Assembly (NCBI GenBank): GCA_965224245.1
Contig: OZ245046.1
Span: 4,000,001 to 4,064,000 of the forward strand
DNA from: Candidatus Eiseniibacteriota bacterium
GTDB taxonomy: Bacteria; Eisenbacteria; RBG-16-71-46; CAZAMP01
Length of the DNA: 64,000 nt
Direction of reading: 5' to 3'
Position numbers and translations under genes: made by a program. Of this stretch, positions 39,216 to 48,237 are shown piece after piece. How positions within the stretch are numbered: position 1 is the stretch's first letter; the number at the start of each line of letters is the position of its first letter. Under the pieces are notes generated by a model that saw only the letters and a list, made by a program, of their open reading frames with translations, was not told the origin of the DNA and made no database searches.

Positions 39216-40663
39216 GCGCCGGGCTCGTGAGGCTCGTCGTCCGCGAGCGCCTCGCCGAGCTCGGCGATCTTCCGCCACAGCGTGGTGCGCGAGACTCCGA
39301 GCATCTCGGCGGCGCGGGTGCGGCTGCCGTCGCACGCGCGGAGCGCATCGCGAATCTGCTCGATGGAGAGCGTCTTCTTCGGCCGACCACGCTTGCCCTG
39401 GGCCGCGATCGGAACCCGGGGACGGGTGAGGGGGCTCGACGGCATCCCTCCCTCGGACAGGTGCACCGGCAGGTCGGCCAGGCGAAGCTCGGTGCCGCCC
39501 GAGATGTGGCGGGCCGATTCGGCGAGCTCGTGAAGCTCGTCGACGTCGCCCGGCCATCGATACGCCTGGAGCACGTGGGCCGCGTCCGGGCTGATCGTCT
39601 GGAACGCACGAAGCCCGGCGCGCGGGCGGCGCAGCCACCGGCTCAGCACCGGCAGCACGTCCTGTCGCCGATCCACGAGCGCGGGGATCGTGAACACGTC
39701 GGCCCCGGCCTCTTCCGCGAGCTGCGTCACGATCGGCGCGTCGTGCACCGCGCTCACATACAATGGTGGGCCGTCCCGCTCGCGCCGGACGAGCGCGCCG
39801 GCGATCGCGACCAGGAGCTCCCGTGCCTCGCGTCGCCCCAGATCGATGCGCCGGACGACCACGCCGCTCTGCTCGCGCGTGGTCCCGGTGTAGACCTCCT
39901 CCAGGGACGCTCGAAAGGACGGAGTCGGTTCGAGCTCACCGTCGATCCGGACCATCGTGCCGCCGAGCCCACGCGAGCGGTGAACGAGGTCGAGGAACAG
40001 GTCCAGCCGTGCCGAGTCGGGACCGGCCACGCACAGCGGTGAGCGCCTCGGGCGCACCCAGTCGAGAAAGCGCACGAGCCGATCCGCGGTCCGGCCCGCG
40101 TCGGGCACCGCGAGCGCGTCGAAGGCGAGCGTGCGAACGTCGAGCATGGGGTTCGTCGCCGACACCTCCGACGCACCGCCATGAGAAGGGGGCGTGGCCG
40201 GCCCCGGCGCGGCCGATGTCGCGCCGAGCTCGTCCGGCCGGGAGGGGTCGCCGGACCCGGCGCCGGCGGGCTCCCCTGCGCCGGCGCCCACGCCGACCCG
40301 GAACCCCACGTGGAGCGCGAAGCCCTGTCCTTCGGCCACGATGCGCGCGTCGGCGGTCGCCGGGACCACGGAGCCATCGGCCTTGCGGAGCGTGACCCGC
40401 TCGGGGCCGACGTGTCCGCGTCCGAGGACCGCCTGGAAGAACGCGATGCGCTCCTGCTGATCGGCGAACAGGCGAGAGGCGAGAACCAGCAGAGTCAGTC
40501 GTTCCGGGGCTTGCCAGAGCGCCGGCTCGAAGCCCCACTCGAGGAGCGGACCGGGCTCGATCCGCCGGAGCGGGGCCTGCATGAGCGTGTCCGGCCGAAG
40601 TGAGGACTCGGTTTCTACACGAATCACCGAAGCACGATCCCTGGCCACGGTGTGATCGTTCAC
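39212..40663 (-). CDS. Fis-type HTH regulator with a degenerate sigma54-activator AAA+ domain and a PAS-like N-terminus
   Basis: IPALVDRRQDV, LQAYRWPGDVDEL, ALRACDGSRTRAAEMLGVSRTTLWRKI; LRKADGSVVP is PAS/PAC-like. Confidence 0.75.
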   Translation of the reverse strand: MNDHTVARDRASVIRVETESSLRPDTLMQAPLRRIEPGPLLEWGFEPALWQAPERLTLLVLASRLFADQQERIAFFQAVLGRGHVGPERVTLRKADGSVVPATADARIVAEGQGFALHVGFRVGVGAGAGEPAGAGSGDPSRPDELGATSAAPGPATPPSHGGASEVSATNPMLDVRTLAFDALAVPDAGRTADRLVRFLDWVRPRRSPLCVAGPDSARLDLFLDLVHRSRGLGGTMVRIDGELEPTPSFRASLEEVYTGTTREQSGVVVRRIDLGRREARELLVAIAGALVRRERDGPPLYVSAVHDAPIVTQLAEEAGADVFTIPALVDRRQDVLPVLSRWLRRPRAGLRAFQTISPDAAHVLQAYRWPGDVDELHELAESARHISGGTELRLADLPVHLSEGGMPSSPLTRPRVPIAAQGKRGRPKKTLSIEQIRDALRACDGSRTRAAEMLGVSRTTLWRKIAELGEALADDEPHEPGA

Positions 40664-40755
40664 GACCCCCGGAACGGGTCGAGGTCAAGCTCAAGCGTCA
40701 TGTCGGCAACGACTTATCAGAGAAGAGCCCCGGGTGACAACCGAAAGCTTCGGAC

Positions 40756-40803
40756 AAACGAAAAGGGTGGTCGCCCGTAGCTCAGGAGACTGCGACCACC
40801 CCC
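40756..40803 (-). terminator. Intrinsic terminator-like hairpin
   Basis: Perfect 10-bp stem GGGTGGTCGC/GCGACCACCC (40765-40774, 40792-40801) followed by TTTTCGTTT on the minus strand. Confidence 0.7.
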
Positions 40804-40897
40804 AGAAAGACCGGATCAGCACGGCGGCAGGGAGGGCAGATGCTCTGAGGCGCTGCCCAGCCCCGCCACCGCCTGGTTATTTCTTCGTTCGACCGGA
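40756..40897 (-). ncRNA. Candidate two-hairpin sRNA or attenuator leader, family not recognised
   Basis: Upstream TTGATT-N17-TAGAAA (40930-40902) with an A8 tract; long hairpin 40822-40871 with G-U pairs valid on the minus strand; terminator hairpin. Confidence 0.5.
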
Positions 40898-41067
40898 GCG
40901 ATTTCTAAATGTTTCACAACAGTAAATCAAGTTTTTTTTCTGCTTGGCCCGCCCGCGGACCGGACACCGTCCAACTCATTGTCCAGCAATCGATTGAGTC
41001 GTATCTGGGGTCCCCGATGCGGCACCTCGCCGGCGGGACATGGTCGCGAAATGTATCTGAAACGGCT

Positions 41068-41574
41068 TCAGCCGACCAGGCGGGCGCTGGCGGTCACGAG
41101 CGCGCCGGCGAGCAGGCCGGCCAGAACGTCGTCGGCGACCCGCGCCCGGCCCCCCTGCCACTCGGCCACCCGGGAGACGGGCCAGACCGGTCGCACGGCC
41201 AGGAGCAGGTAGGCGGCGGTGGTCAGGACGAGCGGGGTGAACCCGTCGGGGACCGGCAAGAGGGCGACCCACATGCCGGCCCACCGATCCGCCACACAGG
41301 GCGTGGAGCCGGACGGGCGGGATCCGGCGGGCACCGATCCCTCTCCCTCGCGCGTACCGGCGCCGGCGTCCGCATCGAGGACGATCCGGGCCGACACGTC
41401 GGCCAGGGCGACCGCGATCAGCACGACGATCACGCGTGCCGCCGGGGACGCCGGCAACAGACCGAACGTCGCCGCGGCCACGAGGATCGTCATCAGCATC
41501 GGACGGCGCGAGTAGGCGCCGATGGGACCGACCGCGCTGACGGCGCGGGCGATGGAGAGGAGGCTCGGCGTCAC
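41068..41574 (-). CDS. Divergent phosphatidylglycerophosphatase A (PgpA)-like membrane protein
   Basis: CVADRWAGMW, PVWPVSRV, VADDVLAGL resemble PgpA motifs. GTG start overlaps the upstream TGA. Confidence 0.6.
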   Translation of the reverse strand: MTPSLLSIARAVSAVGPIGAYSRRPMLMTILVAAATFGLLPASPAARVIVVLIAVALADVSARIVLDADAGAGTREGEGSVPAGSRPSGSTPCVADRWAGMWVALLPVPDGFTPLVLTTAAYLLLAVRPVWPVSRVAEWQGGRARVADDVLAGLLAGALVTASARLVG

Positions 41575-42809
41575 GCGCGCGACCCGGCGCCGGGCCGCTC
41601 GCGCGAGCGCGCCGCCATCAGTCGCGCGTAGAGGGTCTCGATGTCGCGCACCATGACCCCGACGTCGAACGCCGCGGCGCGGGCGCGGCCGTCGGCGCCG
41701 AGACGCGCGCGCGAGGCCGGATCGTCGACGAGCTCGAGCACGTGCCGCGCGAGCGCGCCCGGCTCCGCCGGCGGCACGAGGAAGCCGTTCTCGCCGGGAA
41801 CGATCGCCTCGCCGCTGCCGTCGACCTCGGTGGCCACGATGGGCAGACCGGCCGCCATCGCCTGGGGCAGCACACGCGGGAGTCCCTCCCAGCGAGACGA
41901 CAGCACGAACACGTCGAACGTGGCCAGGAGATCGGGAACGTCGTGTCGCAGCCCCAGGAGGCGCACGCGATCTCCGAGTGCGCGGGTGGCGAGATCCGCC
42001 TCGACGCGTGCCCGTAGCGGCCCGTCGCCCACGATCACCCCGATGACGTCGGGGCGATTCCGGCAAACGGCGTCGATCGCGGCCACGAAGTCCAGCGGCG
42101 CCTTCTGCGGTGAGAGCCGCATGACGCTGCCGACGACGATCTGCTCGGGCGCGATGCCGAGCTCGGCACGCACGGCGTCTCGCGAGCGCGAGGGCGTCTG
42201 GAACCGTGCGACGTCGATCCCGCTGCGAATCGTCGTGTACTGCTCGGGCCGACCGATGCCGAGCGCGAGTCCCTTCTCGGCGTCTCGCGGCGTCACGGTG
42301 ACCAGCGCGTCGGCGAGGCGCGCCGTTCGACGTTCCAGCGTGACGTACGCGCCGCGCACGATCGCGGGCTGTCGGTCGTGAAAGCCCCATCCGTGCACGG
42401 TGTGCACGACGATCGGAACGCCGGCCAGGTGAGCGGCGACGCGTCCGACGATTCCGGCCTTGGAGCTGTGCGTGTGCACGATGTCGTAGCGCCCGCGCCG
42501 GAAGACCGAGGCGAGACGCCACGTCGCGATCGGATCCAGCACCGGGTTCACCTCGCGTCTCAGCGAGGGAACGGAGATGGCCCGGATCCCCGCCCGCTCG
42601 GCGTCGGGGATCAGCGTGCCCTCGGGACCGAACGTGGGACCGACGACGAGATCGGCGTCGAAGGTGCCGTTGCGGCGGTGCCCGATGACCGACGCGAGCG
42701 TGTTCTCCTGCGCGCCGCCGACGATCAGCCGGGTGATCACGTGCGCGACGCGCGCGCGGGCCGCCGCGGCGGTCACTCGCTCGGTGTCGTCGGTCGCCAG
42801 GCCGTTCAC
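41571..42809 (-). CDS. GT4 glycosyltransferase
   Basis: HVITRLIVGGAQ, VHTHSSKAG, HTVHG, SRWEGLPRVLPQAMAAGLPIV. Confidence 0.93.
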   Translation of the reverse strand: MNGLATDDTERVTAAAARARVAHVITRLIVGGAQENTLASVIGHRRNGTFDADLVVGPTFGPEGTLIPDAERAGIRAISVPSLRREVNPVLDPIATWRLASVFRRGRYDIVHTHSSKAGIVGRVAAHLAGVPIVVHTVHGWGFHDRQPAIVRGAYVTLERRTARLADALVTVTPRDAEKGLALGIGRPEQYTTIRSGIDVARFQTPSRSRDAVRAELGIAPEQIVVGSVMRLSPQKAPLDFVAAIDAVCRNRPDVIGVIVGDGPLRARVEADLATRALGDRVRLLGLRHDVPDLLATFDVFVLSSRWEGLPRVLPQAMAAGLPIVATEVDGSGEAIVPGENGFLVPPAEPGALARHVLELVDDPASRARLGADGRARAAAFDVGVMVRDIETLYARLMAARSRERPGAGSRA

Positions 42810-42906
42810 GTCGCCGCCTCCTCCTCACGCGCTCTCCGTGGCCGCCGGATGGTAGCAAATCACGTGGCCCGACAGCCGGACTCGGCAGAACGGACGGGCA
42901 CCCGGA

Positions 42907-44469
42907 TCAGGGGATCGGCACGGTGATCGCACCCGAAGGTGAGACGATGGGCTCCGGGCCGCTCCGCGCCGCGTACGCCTGCACGAGCGACGCGTCGAGC
43001 CCCTCGATCGGGGGCGCGAAGATCGCGACGGCGTCGCCGACGATCGCGCCGAGCGTGTCGAGATCCGCCGGCACCGGCGCCCAGACCGACGGCACATCCC
43101 AGATGCAGCTGACGATCGTGGGGACGTTCGAGACCACGACGCCGGGCGGCGGCCCCGTCAGCGCGGCGATCGCGGTGACCGCGTCGGCCGCGGGACGCGC
43201 CGGCGTCGCCGAGGTGACATGCAGCCCGAAGCGGACGACCGCCACGATCGTGATGGCGATGAGGACCGCCCTCACGCGACCGGGCGGCCATGCACGCGTG
43301 GCGGCGACGGCGGCGACCGCGATCAGAGGAAGGGCGGCGGCGAGGAATCGGGACGCGTACTCGAGAGGTGCCAGCACGAGCACCAGAGTCGCCGGCACCC
43401 CGACGGCCGCCACCACGAGCCACCTCGCCTCGTCGTCGCGCCAGAGCCGAACCACGCCGGCCAGCGCGAGCACGATCAGAGCCGGCAGCGGCCAGATCGC
43501 CAGATCGCGCCCGTAGCGCGCCAGATTCCGCACCGTCTTGCGAGCCACGTCCTCGGGGTGTTCACGGACGAACGCCAGCGGACCCTCCTCGCGAACGGCG
43601 AGGGTCCGAGACGCCGTCCAGCCCGGGTAGGCGGTCGTGTCGTGATACAGAAGCGAGGTCGCGTTGTAGAACGGACGCCCCGTCACCGTGGCGACGTGCA
43701 TCGACCAGGGCGCGGCACAGAGCGCCATCGCGCCCACCAGGATCAGCGCGCGCAGGGGCCGATCACGCGGGCTCGCCACGGCGGTGAGCCCGAGCCAGAC
43801 GGGCGTCAGCAGGAAGAGCTCGACGCGCACGAGCCCCGCCGACCCCACCACGACGCCGGCCAGGAGCGCGCCCGGACGCGACGCCGCGCGCGAGGTCGCG
43901 AGGACCCCGATCAGGACGAGCGCGACCGCCGCCGGCGTGGCCACCAGCGGCTCGCCGACACCGACGACGACCGGGCACAGGACCGTCCACGCCGCGGCGG
44001 CCGCCGCCGCGAACACGCCCACGCGGCGGTGGGCGAGCGCGAACACGAGCAGGGGGATCACGACGATCGCCAGCCCCTGCACACCGAGCATCGCATCGGG
44101 ATGGCCGCCCGAGAGCCGGAGCGCCGCCCCGATCGCCAGCGGAAACCCCGGCGGACGCCAGAGGAGTGGAAACGTCCCCGTCTCGGAGAACGCGGCTCGC
44201 GACTCGGGCAGGAAGGGAGGGTACGTGAACAGGCTCTCGAACGGCCGCCCCGCCGCGACCTGCCACCCCAGCTGGAGGTAGTCCCACGCATCCGACGTGG
44301 CCCCGACCGCGGCCGGGTTGGGCACGTCGACGCCGGCGCCGTCGCCGCGCGTGATCTCGACCGCGCGGAGGGGCGCCAGCGTCACCCCGGCCACGATCGC
44401 GCCGAGGACCGCCAGGCCCGGCCACGCCCAGAAGCCGGGCCGCCGCGCGCGTGCCCTATCGCTCACCAC
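42907..44469 (-). CDS. GT-C (ArnT-like) polytopic membrane protein
   Basis: SDAWDYLQLG, WRPPGFPL, LVRVE, PW, RFL motifs and many TM segments; the start is uncertain. Confidence 0.7.
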   Translation of the reverse strand: MVSDRARARRPGFWAWPGLAVLGAIVAGVTLAPLRAVEITRGDGAGVDVPNPAAVGATSDAWDYLQLGWQVAAGRPFESLFTYPPFLPESRAAFSETGTFPLLWRPPGFPLAIGAALRLSGGHPDAMLGVQGLAIVVIPLLVFALAHRRVGVFAAAAAAAWTVLCPVVVGVGEPLVATPAAVALVLIGVLATSRAASRPGALLAGVVVGSAGLVRVELFLLTPVWLGLTAVASPRDRPLRALILVGAMALCAAPWSMHVATVTGRPFYNATSLLYHDTTAYPGWTASRTLAVREEGPLAFVREHPEDVARKTVRNLARYGRDLAIWPLPALIVLALAGVVRLWRDDEARWLVVAAVGVPATLVLVLAPLEYASRFLAAALPLIAVAAVAATRAWPPGRVRAVLIAITIVAVVRFGLHVTSATPARPAADAVTAIAALTGPPPGVVVSNVPTIVSCIWDVPSVWAPVPADLDTLGAIVGDAVAIFAPPIEGLDASLVQAYAARSGPEPIVSPSGAITVPIP

Positions 44470-44639
44470 GCGCCCCTCGGACTCGCGTGCCACCGTGTAC
44501 ACCCAGGTGCGATCGACCAGTTCGTCGAACCGTGGGGGCCATTCGACCGTCGGATCCGGCTACCCGGCGAGCCGCCACTGGGGGCGTAACTCATTTCATC
44601 ACAAACAAATGTCACGACAGAACCCTCGCGGCAAGACGA

Positions 44640-44655
44640 TGGCACCGGACTTGCA
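44640..44655 (+). promoter_or_regulatory. Consensus sigma54 (-24/-12) promoter
   Basis: TGGCAC-CGGAC-TTGCA matches TGGCAC-N5-TTGCW exactly; an AT-rich IHF-like tract lies at 44587-44612. Confidence 0.75.
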
Positions 44656-44665
44656 AAAGACCCGG

Positions 44666-44813
44666 CCGTGGACGCGCAACGGCGCGACGACCGGAAGCAC
44701 CGAGCCTCGAGCGGCCCGCCCACGTGCCCCGACGACGGCCGCCGGCTCGTGACCATAGATGCCCAGAGATGCCGCCGGGCCGCCCGCGAGAGATCGCGAG
44801 CGGCCCCCTTTTT
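44666..44813 (+). ncRNA. Candidate sigma54-dependent sRNA (about 150 nt)
   Basis: Bounded by the sigma54 promoter and an intrinsic terminator; internal hairpin 44701-44749; no RBS-led ORF seen. Confidence 0.5.
44777..44813 (+). terminator. Intrinsic terminator
   Basis: GGGCCGC-C-CGCGA-GAGA-TCGCG-A-GCGGCCC followed by CCTTTTT; GNRA loop. Confidence 0.75.
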
Positions 44814-44907
44814 GTGTGCGAGGGCGGGAGGCACCGGTCGATAATCGAACCGGCTCGTAACGGGGTCTCGCGCACCCCACACCCCCCGCCGCACGAACGG
44901 ACTCGTC

Positions 44908-46602
44908 GTGACCGAGGACATCGCCGCGCCAGACGCACCCCGGGATCGGAGTCTCGTGCCCCTCGCGATCGTCTTCTGCGTGGTGTCGCTGGGGATCCTG
45001 GCCGTCGCGCAGCGGGGACAGCTGGCAATCGAGATGCCCCACGACGGCGCACACTACCTGGCGCTGGCGCGCAGCCTGCTGCGCGGAGAGGGTTTCGCGA
45101 ACACGACGCACTGGGCGCTCTCGCTCCCCAAGGACTCGCTTCCCTACCCGGACACCTACCGGGCGCCCCTGTATCCGACGTTGATCGCGGGCGCGGCCTG
45201 GATCTCCGGCGCGGCGCGCGATGCCCATCTCTTCGGTGCGGCGAAGCTGGTATCGGTCCTGTTCGGTGCGTGCATCGCGCCCGTCACGTTCGTGTTCGCG
45301 CGACGCCGCCTCGGCGCGGGGACCGGCACCGCGATCGTGGCCGGCGCGATCACGCTCGTGCACCACCATCTCGTCATCGCCGGAACCAAACCGCTCACCG
45401 AGGCCGTGTACACCCCGCTGGCGCTCGGCGGGCTCTTTCTGATCACGGGCCCACGGCCCCGCCCATTCCTGGCCGGGCTGGCCGCGGGATTGGCGATCCT
45501 GACCCGCTACCAGGGGCTCGTGCTGCTGCCGGCGTTCGCGGTGGCCTACCTGTTTCAGTCTCGATCCGAGGCGGTCGAGACGGCCGCGCGTCGATTCGGC
45601 CGGTGGGCGCGCGGCGCCGCGCTCATCGCGGTGGCCGCCGTGGCCGTCCTCGCCCCGTGGCTCTGGCGAAACGCCCAGGTCACGGGATCGCCGTTCTACA
45701 CCGACCTGACCTATCACCTCGTCTCCACGGCCGATCCCCGCGTGTCGTTCTACGAGTACTTCCATCGGCCGACGCCGTCGCCCATACCCATCGACTACGG
45801 CCTGGCCAACCTCGAGAGCGCGGCCGTCCTGTTCGCGTACCGACTCTCTCAGATCGCCCGCAACATCGCCATCGACAACGCGGGCAATCCGGTCCTCCTC
45901 CTCCTTGCGATGATCGGCCTGGTGACCGTCGTGCGCGGTGCCCGCACCGATCGACAGCGGCACCACGACGTTCTCGGCGTGATCGTGTTCGTGCTGCTCA
46001 ACGTGGCGCTCGCCGGCGTGTCCTTCGCGAAGTCGCGGCTGATGATGGTCGTGGACCCGCTGGCGGCGATCCTGGCCGCCTCGGCCGTCTCCGCGCTCTG
46101 GTCCGGCATCCCGTCGCGATCGCATCTGCGCTGGGGTGCACGCATCGCCGGGCTGGCGCTTCTCATCGGCGGCGTCGGGTGGGAGGTGGATCGGAGCATC
46201 CGGAAGCTCGCGCGCGTCGAGCCGTCGGAGTACGCCTGGGCCGACGCCGTCGCGGGAGTGATCGGCGGCGACGTGGATCCCGGCGAGACCGTCATGGCCG
46301 CCTCTCCGTACCATTTCGCCGAACGACTCGACTGCTTCGCGGTCTCGCTCCCGTATGGGCCCGATTCGACGATCCGACAGATCGCCCGCCAGTTTCACAC
46401 GCGGTACGTCGTCGTGGGCGCGTCACCCTCCAAGCGCCTCTACCCGGGTTCGTTCCTGGAAAGGGGGCCCGCCCCACCCTGGATTCGCCGCGTGCGGGAA
46501 CTGACCGCGCCCGACGTCGTCCTATACGAGGTCGACCTCGCGGCGCTCGGCCCGGCGGCGCCGAGCCCGGACGATCGGGCCGTCCGGCCCGAACGCGACT
46601 AG
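44908..46602 (+). CDS. GT-C (ArnT/GT39-like) glycosyltransferase
   Basis: HDGAHYLALARSLLRGEG, YRAPLYPTL, LTE, LTRYQG, PWLWRN...TGSPF; polytopic. Confidence 0.82.
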   Translation: MTEDIAAPDAPRDRSLVPLAIVFCVVSLGILAVAQRGQLAIEMPHDGAHYLALARSLLRGEGFANTTHWALSLPKDSLPYPDTYRAPLYPTLIAGAAWISGAARDAHLFGAAKLVSVLFGACIAPVTFVFARRRLGAGTGTAIVAGAITLVHHHLVIAGTKPLTEAVYTPLALGGLFLITGPRPRPFLAGLAAGLAILTRYQGLVLLPAFAVAYLFQSRSEAVETAARRFGRWARGAALIAVAAVAVLAPWLWRNAQVTGSPFYTDLTYHLVSTADPRVSFYEYFHRPTPSPIPIDYGLANLESAAVLFAYRLSQIARNIAIDNAGNPVLLLLAMIGLVTVVRGARTDRQRHHDVLGVIVFVLLNVALAGVSFAKSRLMMVVDPLAAILAASAVSALWSGIPSRSHLRWGARIAGLALLIGGVGWEVDRSIRKLARVEPSEYAWADAVAGVIGGDVDPGETVMAASPYHFAERLDCFAVSLPYGPDSTIRQIARQFHTRYVVVGASPSKRLYPGSFLERGPAPPWIRRVRELTAPDVVLYEVDLAALGPAAPSPDDRAVRPERD

Positions 46603-46671
46603 TCCTGGAGACGATCCACTGCGTATCATGTCCCCTCGCGCTCTCGAGCACCATCCACGTCCGGAGGACGC

Positions 46672-48237
46672 GTGAAGTCATACACTCTCAGCTCGATCGT
46701 GCCGCCCCTGGCCGGGGCGGCGTTCCTCGTCGGTGCATCCGTGCTGGTCGGGATCCCCGACTCGCTCGCCGGAGACGCACCCGGCGGGTCCGAGGACGGC
46801 ACCGGTGCCGTCGTGTCCGACGACGACCTCGGCGGTGAGTCGCAGGATCTCGGCGACGGGTCCGAGCCGGCGGAAGGCACTTCCCCCAGCGCGGTCGAGA
46901 TCCGCCTCTATGCCCCGCGGGCACAGGCGCGGAAGGGCTACTTCGCCGAGGCGGACTCGCTGTGCCGCGCGGCCATCGCGAAGTTCGAGGAGACCTACGG
47001 CCCCGAGTCCATGGCGGTCGTGGAAGGGGCCTCGCTCCTGCTCGAGATCATGTGGCGCTCGAACGACACGGCCGGCAAGGACGGCCGCGCGTGGGGCGAT
47101 CGCGCGATCCGCATCGCCGAGTCACACGTCGGCGAGCGGGGTATCGAGCTGGCCGATCTCCTGAACAACTACGGCGCCTTCCTTCACGCCGACGGCGACG
47201 CCGAGCGCGCCGAGGAGATGTACCGGCGCTGCCTGGACATCCGTGAGGAGAACGACGGGCCGGAGGCCCCGAGCGTGGCCCGCGTGCTCAACAACATGGG
47301 CACGCTCCATGTCTCGACCGGTCGCCTCGAGGAGGCCGAGAAGGCGCATCGCCGCGCGATCGACATCCTCACCGTCAACTTCGGGCAGCGGCATCGGAGC
47401 CTCGCGACCAGCTACAACAACATGGCCAACGTCGTCGGTCGGATGGGCCGGCGCGAGGAGGCCGTCGCCTACTTCGAGAAGGCGCTGGCGCTCCGCGAGG
47501 AGCTCGACGGCGAGAATCACATCGCCGTGGCCCGCGTGCTGTTCAACCTGGGCGGCCTCAACTTCGAGCTGGGCAATACGGACGTGGCGCGCGAGCAGTT
47601 CGAGCGGGCGATGTCGATCCAGCTCGAGTTCTTCGGCGAGGACAACCTCGTCTGCGCACCCGGGCTTCACAACCTGGCCAACCTGTACGCGGCGATCGGC
47701 GAGTACGCGGAGGCCCGGTCGCGACTGGAGCAGGTCGTCACGATCTACGAGATCCACTCGCCGGGATCGGAGGATCTGGCGGCGAGCGTCAACGACCTGG
47801 GGCGGCTCACGTGGAAGGGCGGCTGGCGGCAGGACGCGACCCAGAGCCTGGAGTACGCATACGCGCTGCGGTCCGAGCTCTACGGCGCCGGCGATCCCGC
47901 GCTGGAGCGGCCGTTGACCGGGTTCCCGTGGGTTCGGGTCACGCCCGGCGACGCGCCGGCGACGCTGGCGCTCGAGCCGGGATCGGACGCATTCGTGCTC
48001 GCGGTGCCGGTCGGGGACGACCCGGGCGAACGGATGCGCGTGCGCGTCGTGGACGCGCGCGACGAGACGATCGCGGACGAGACCGTGCTCGGGAGCCGGA
48101 TGTCGAGGCCGCTCGTGTTCCTGACGATCGCGCGACCGGATCTCGAGCCCGGCACGTACCACGTGCGGGTCGAAGATGGCTCGGACGACACGCACCGCTA
48201 CACGTTCGAGCTGCGAGCGTCGCGTGATGCGGGCTAG
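46672..48237 (+). CDS. Exported TPR protein (kinesin light chain-like repeats)
   Basis: Signal peptide; repeats LLNNYG, VLNNMG, SYNNMA, LFNLG, LHNLA. Confidence 0.85.
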   Translation: MKSYTLSSIVPPLAGAAFLVGASVLVGIPDSLAGDAPGGSEDGTGAVVSDDDLGGESQDLGDGSEPAEGTSPSAVEIRLYAPRAQARKGYFAEADSLCRAAIAKFEETYGPESMAVVEGASLLLEIMWRSNDTAGKDGRAWGDRAIRIAESHVGERGIELADLLNNYGAFLHADGDAERAEEMYRRCLDIREENDGPEAPSVARVLNNMGTLHVSTGRLEEAEKAHRRAIDILTVNFGQRHRSLATSYNNMANVVGRMGRREEAVAYFEKALALREELDGENHIAVARVLFNLGGLNFELGNTDVAREQFERAMSIQLEFFGEDNLVCAPGLHNLANLYAAIGEYAEARSRLEQVVTIYEIHSPGSEDLAASVNDLGRLTWKGGWRQDATQSLEYAYALRSELYGAGDPALERPLTGFPWVRVTPGDAPATLALEPGSDAFVLAVPVGDDPGERMRVRVVDARDETIADETVLGSRMSRPLVFLTIARPDLEPGTYHVRVEDGSDDTHRYTFELRASRDAG

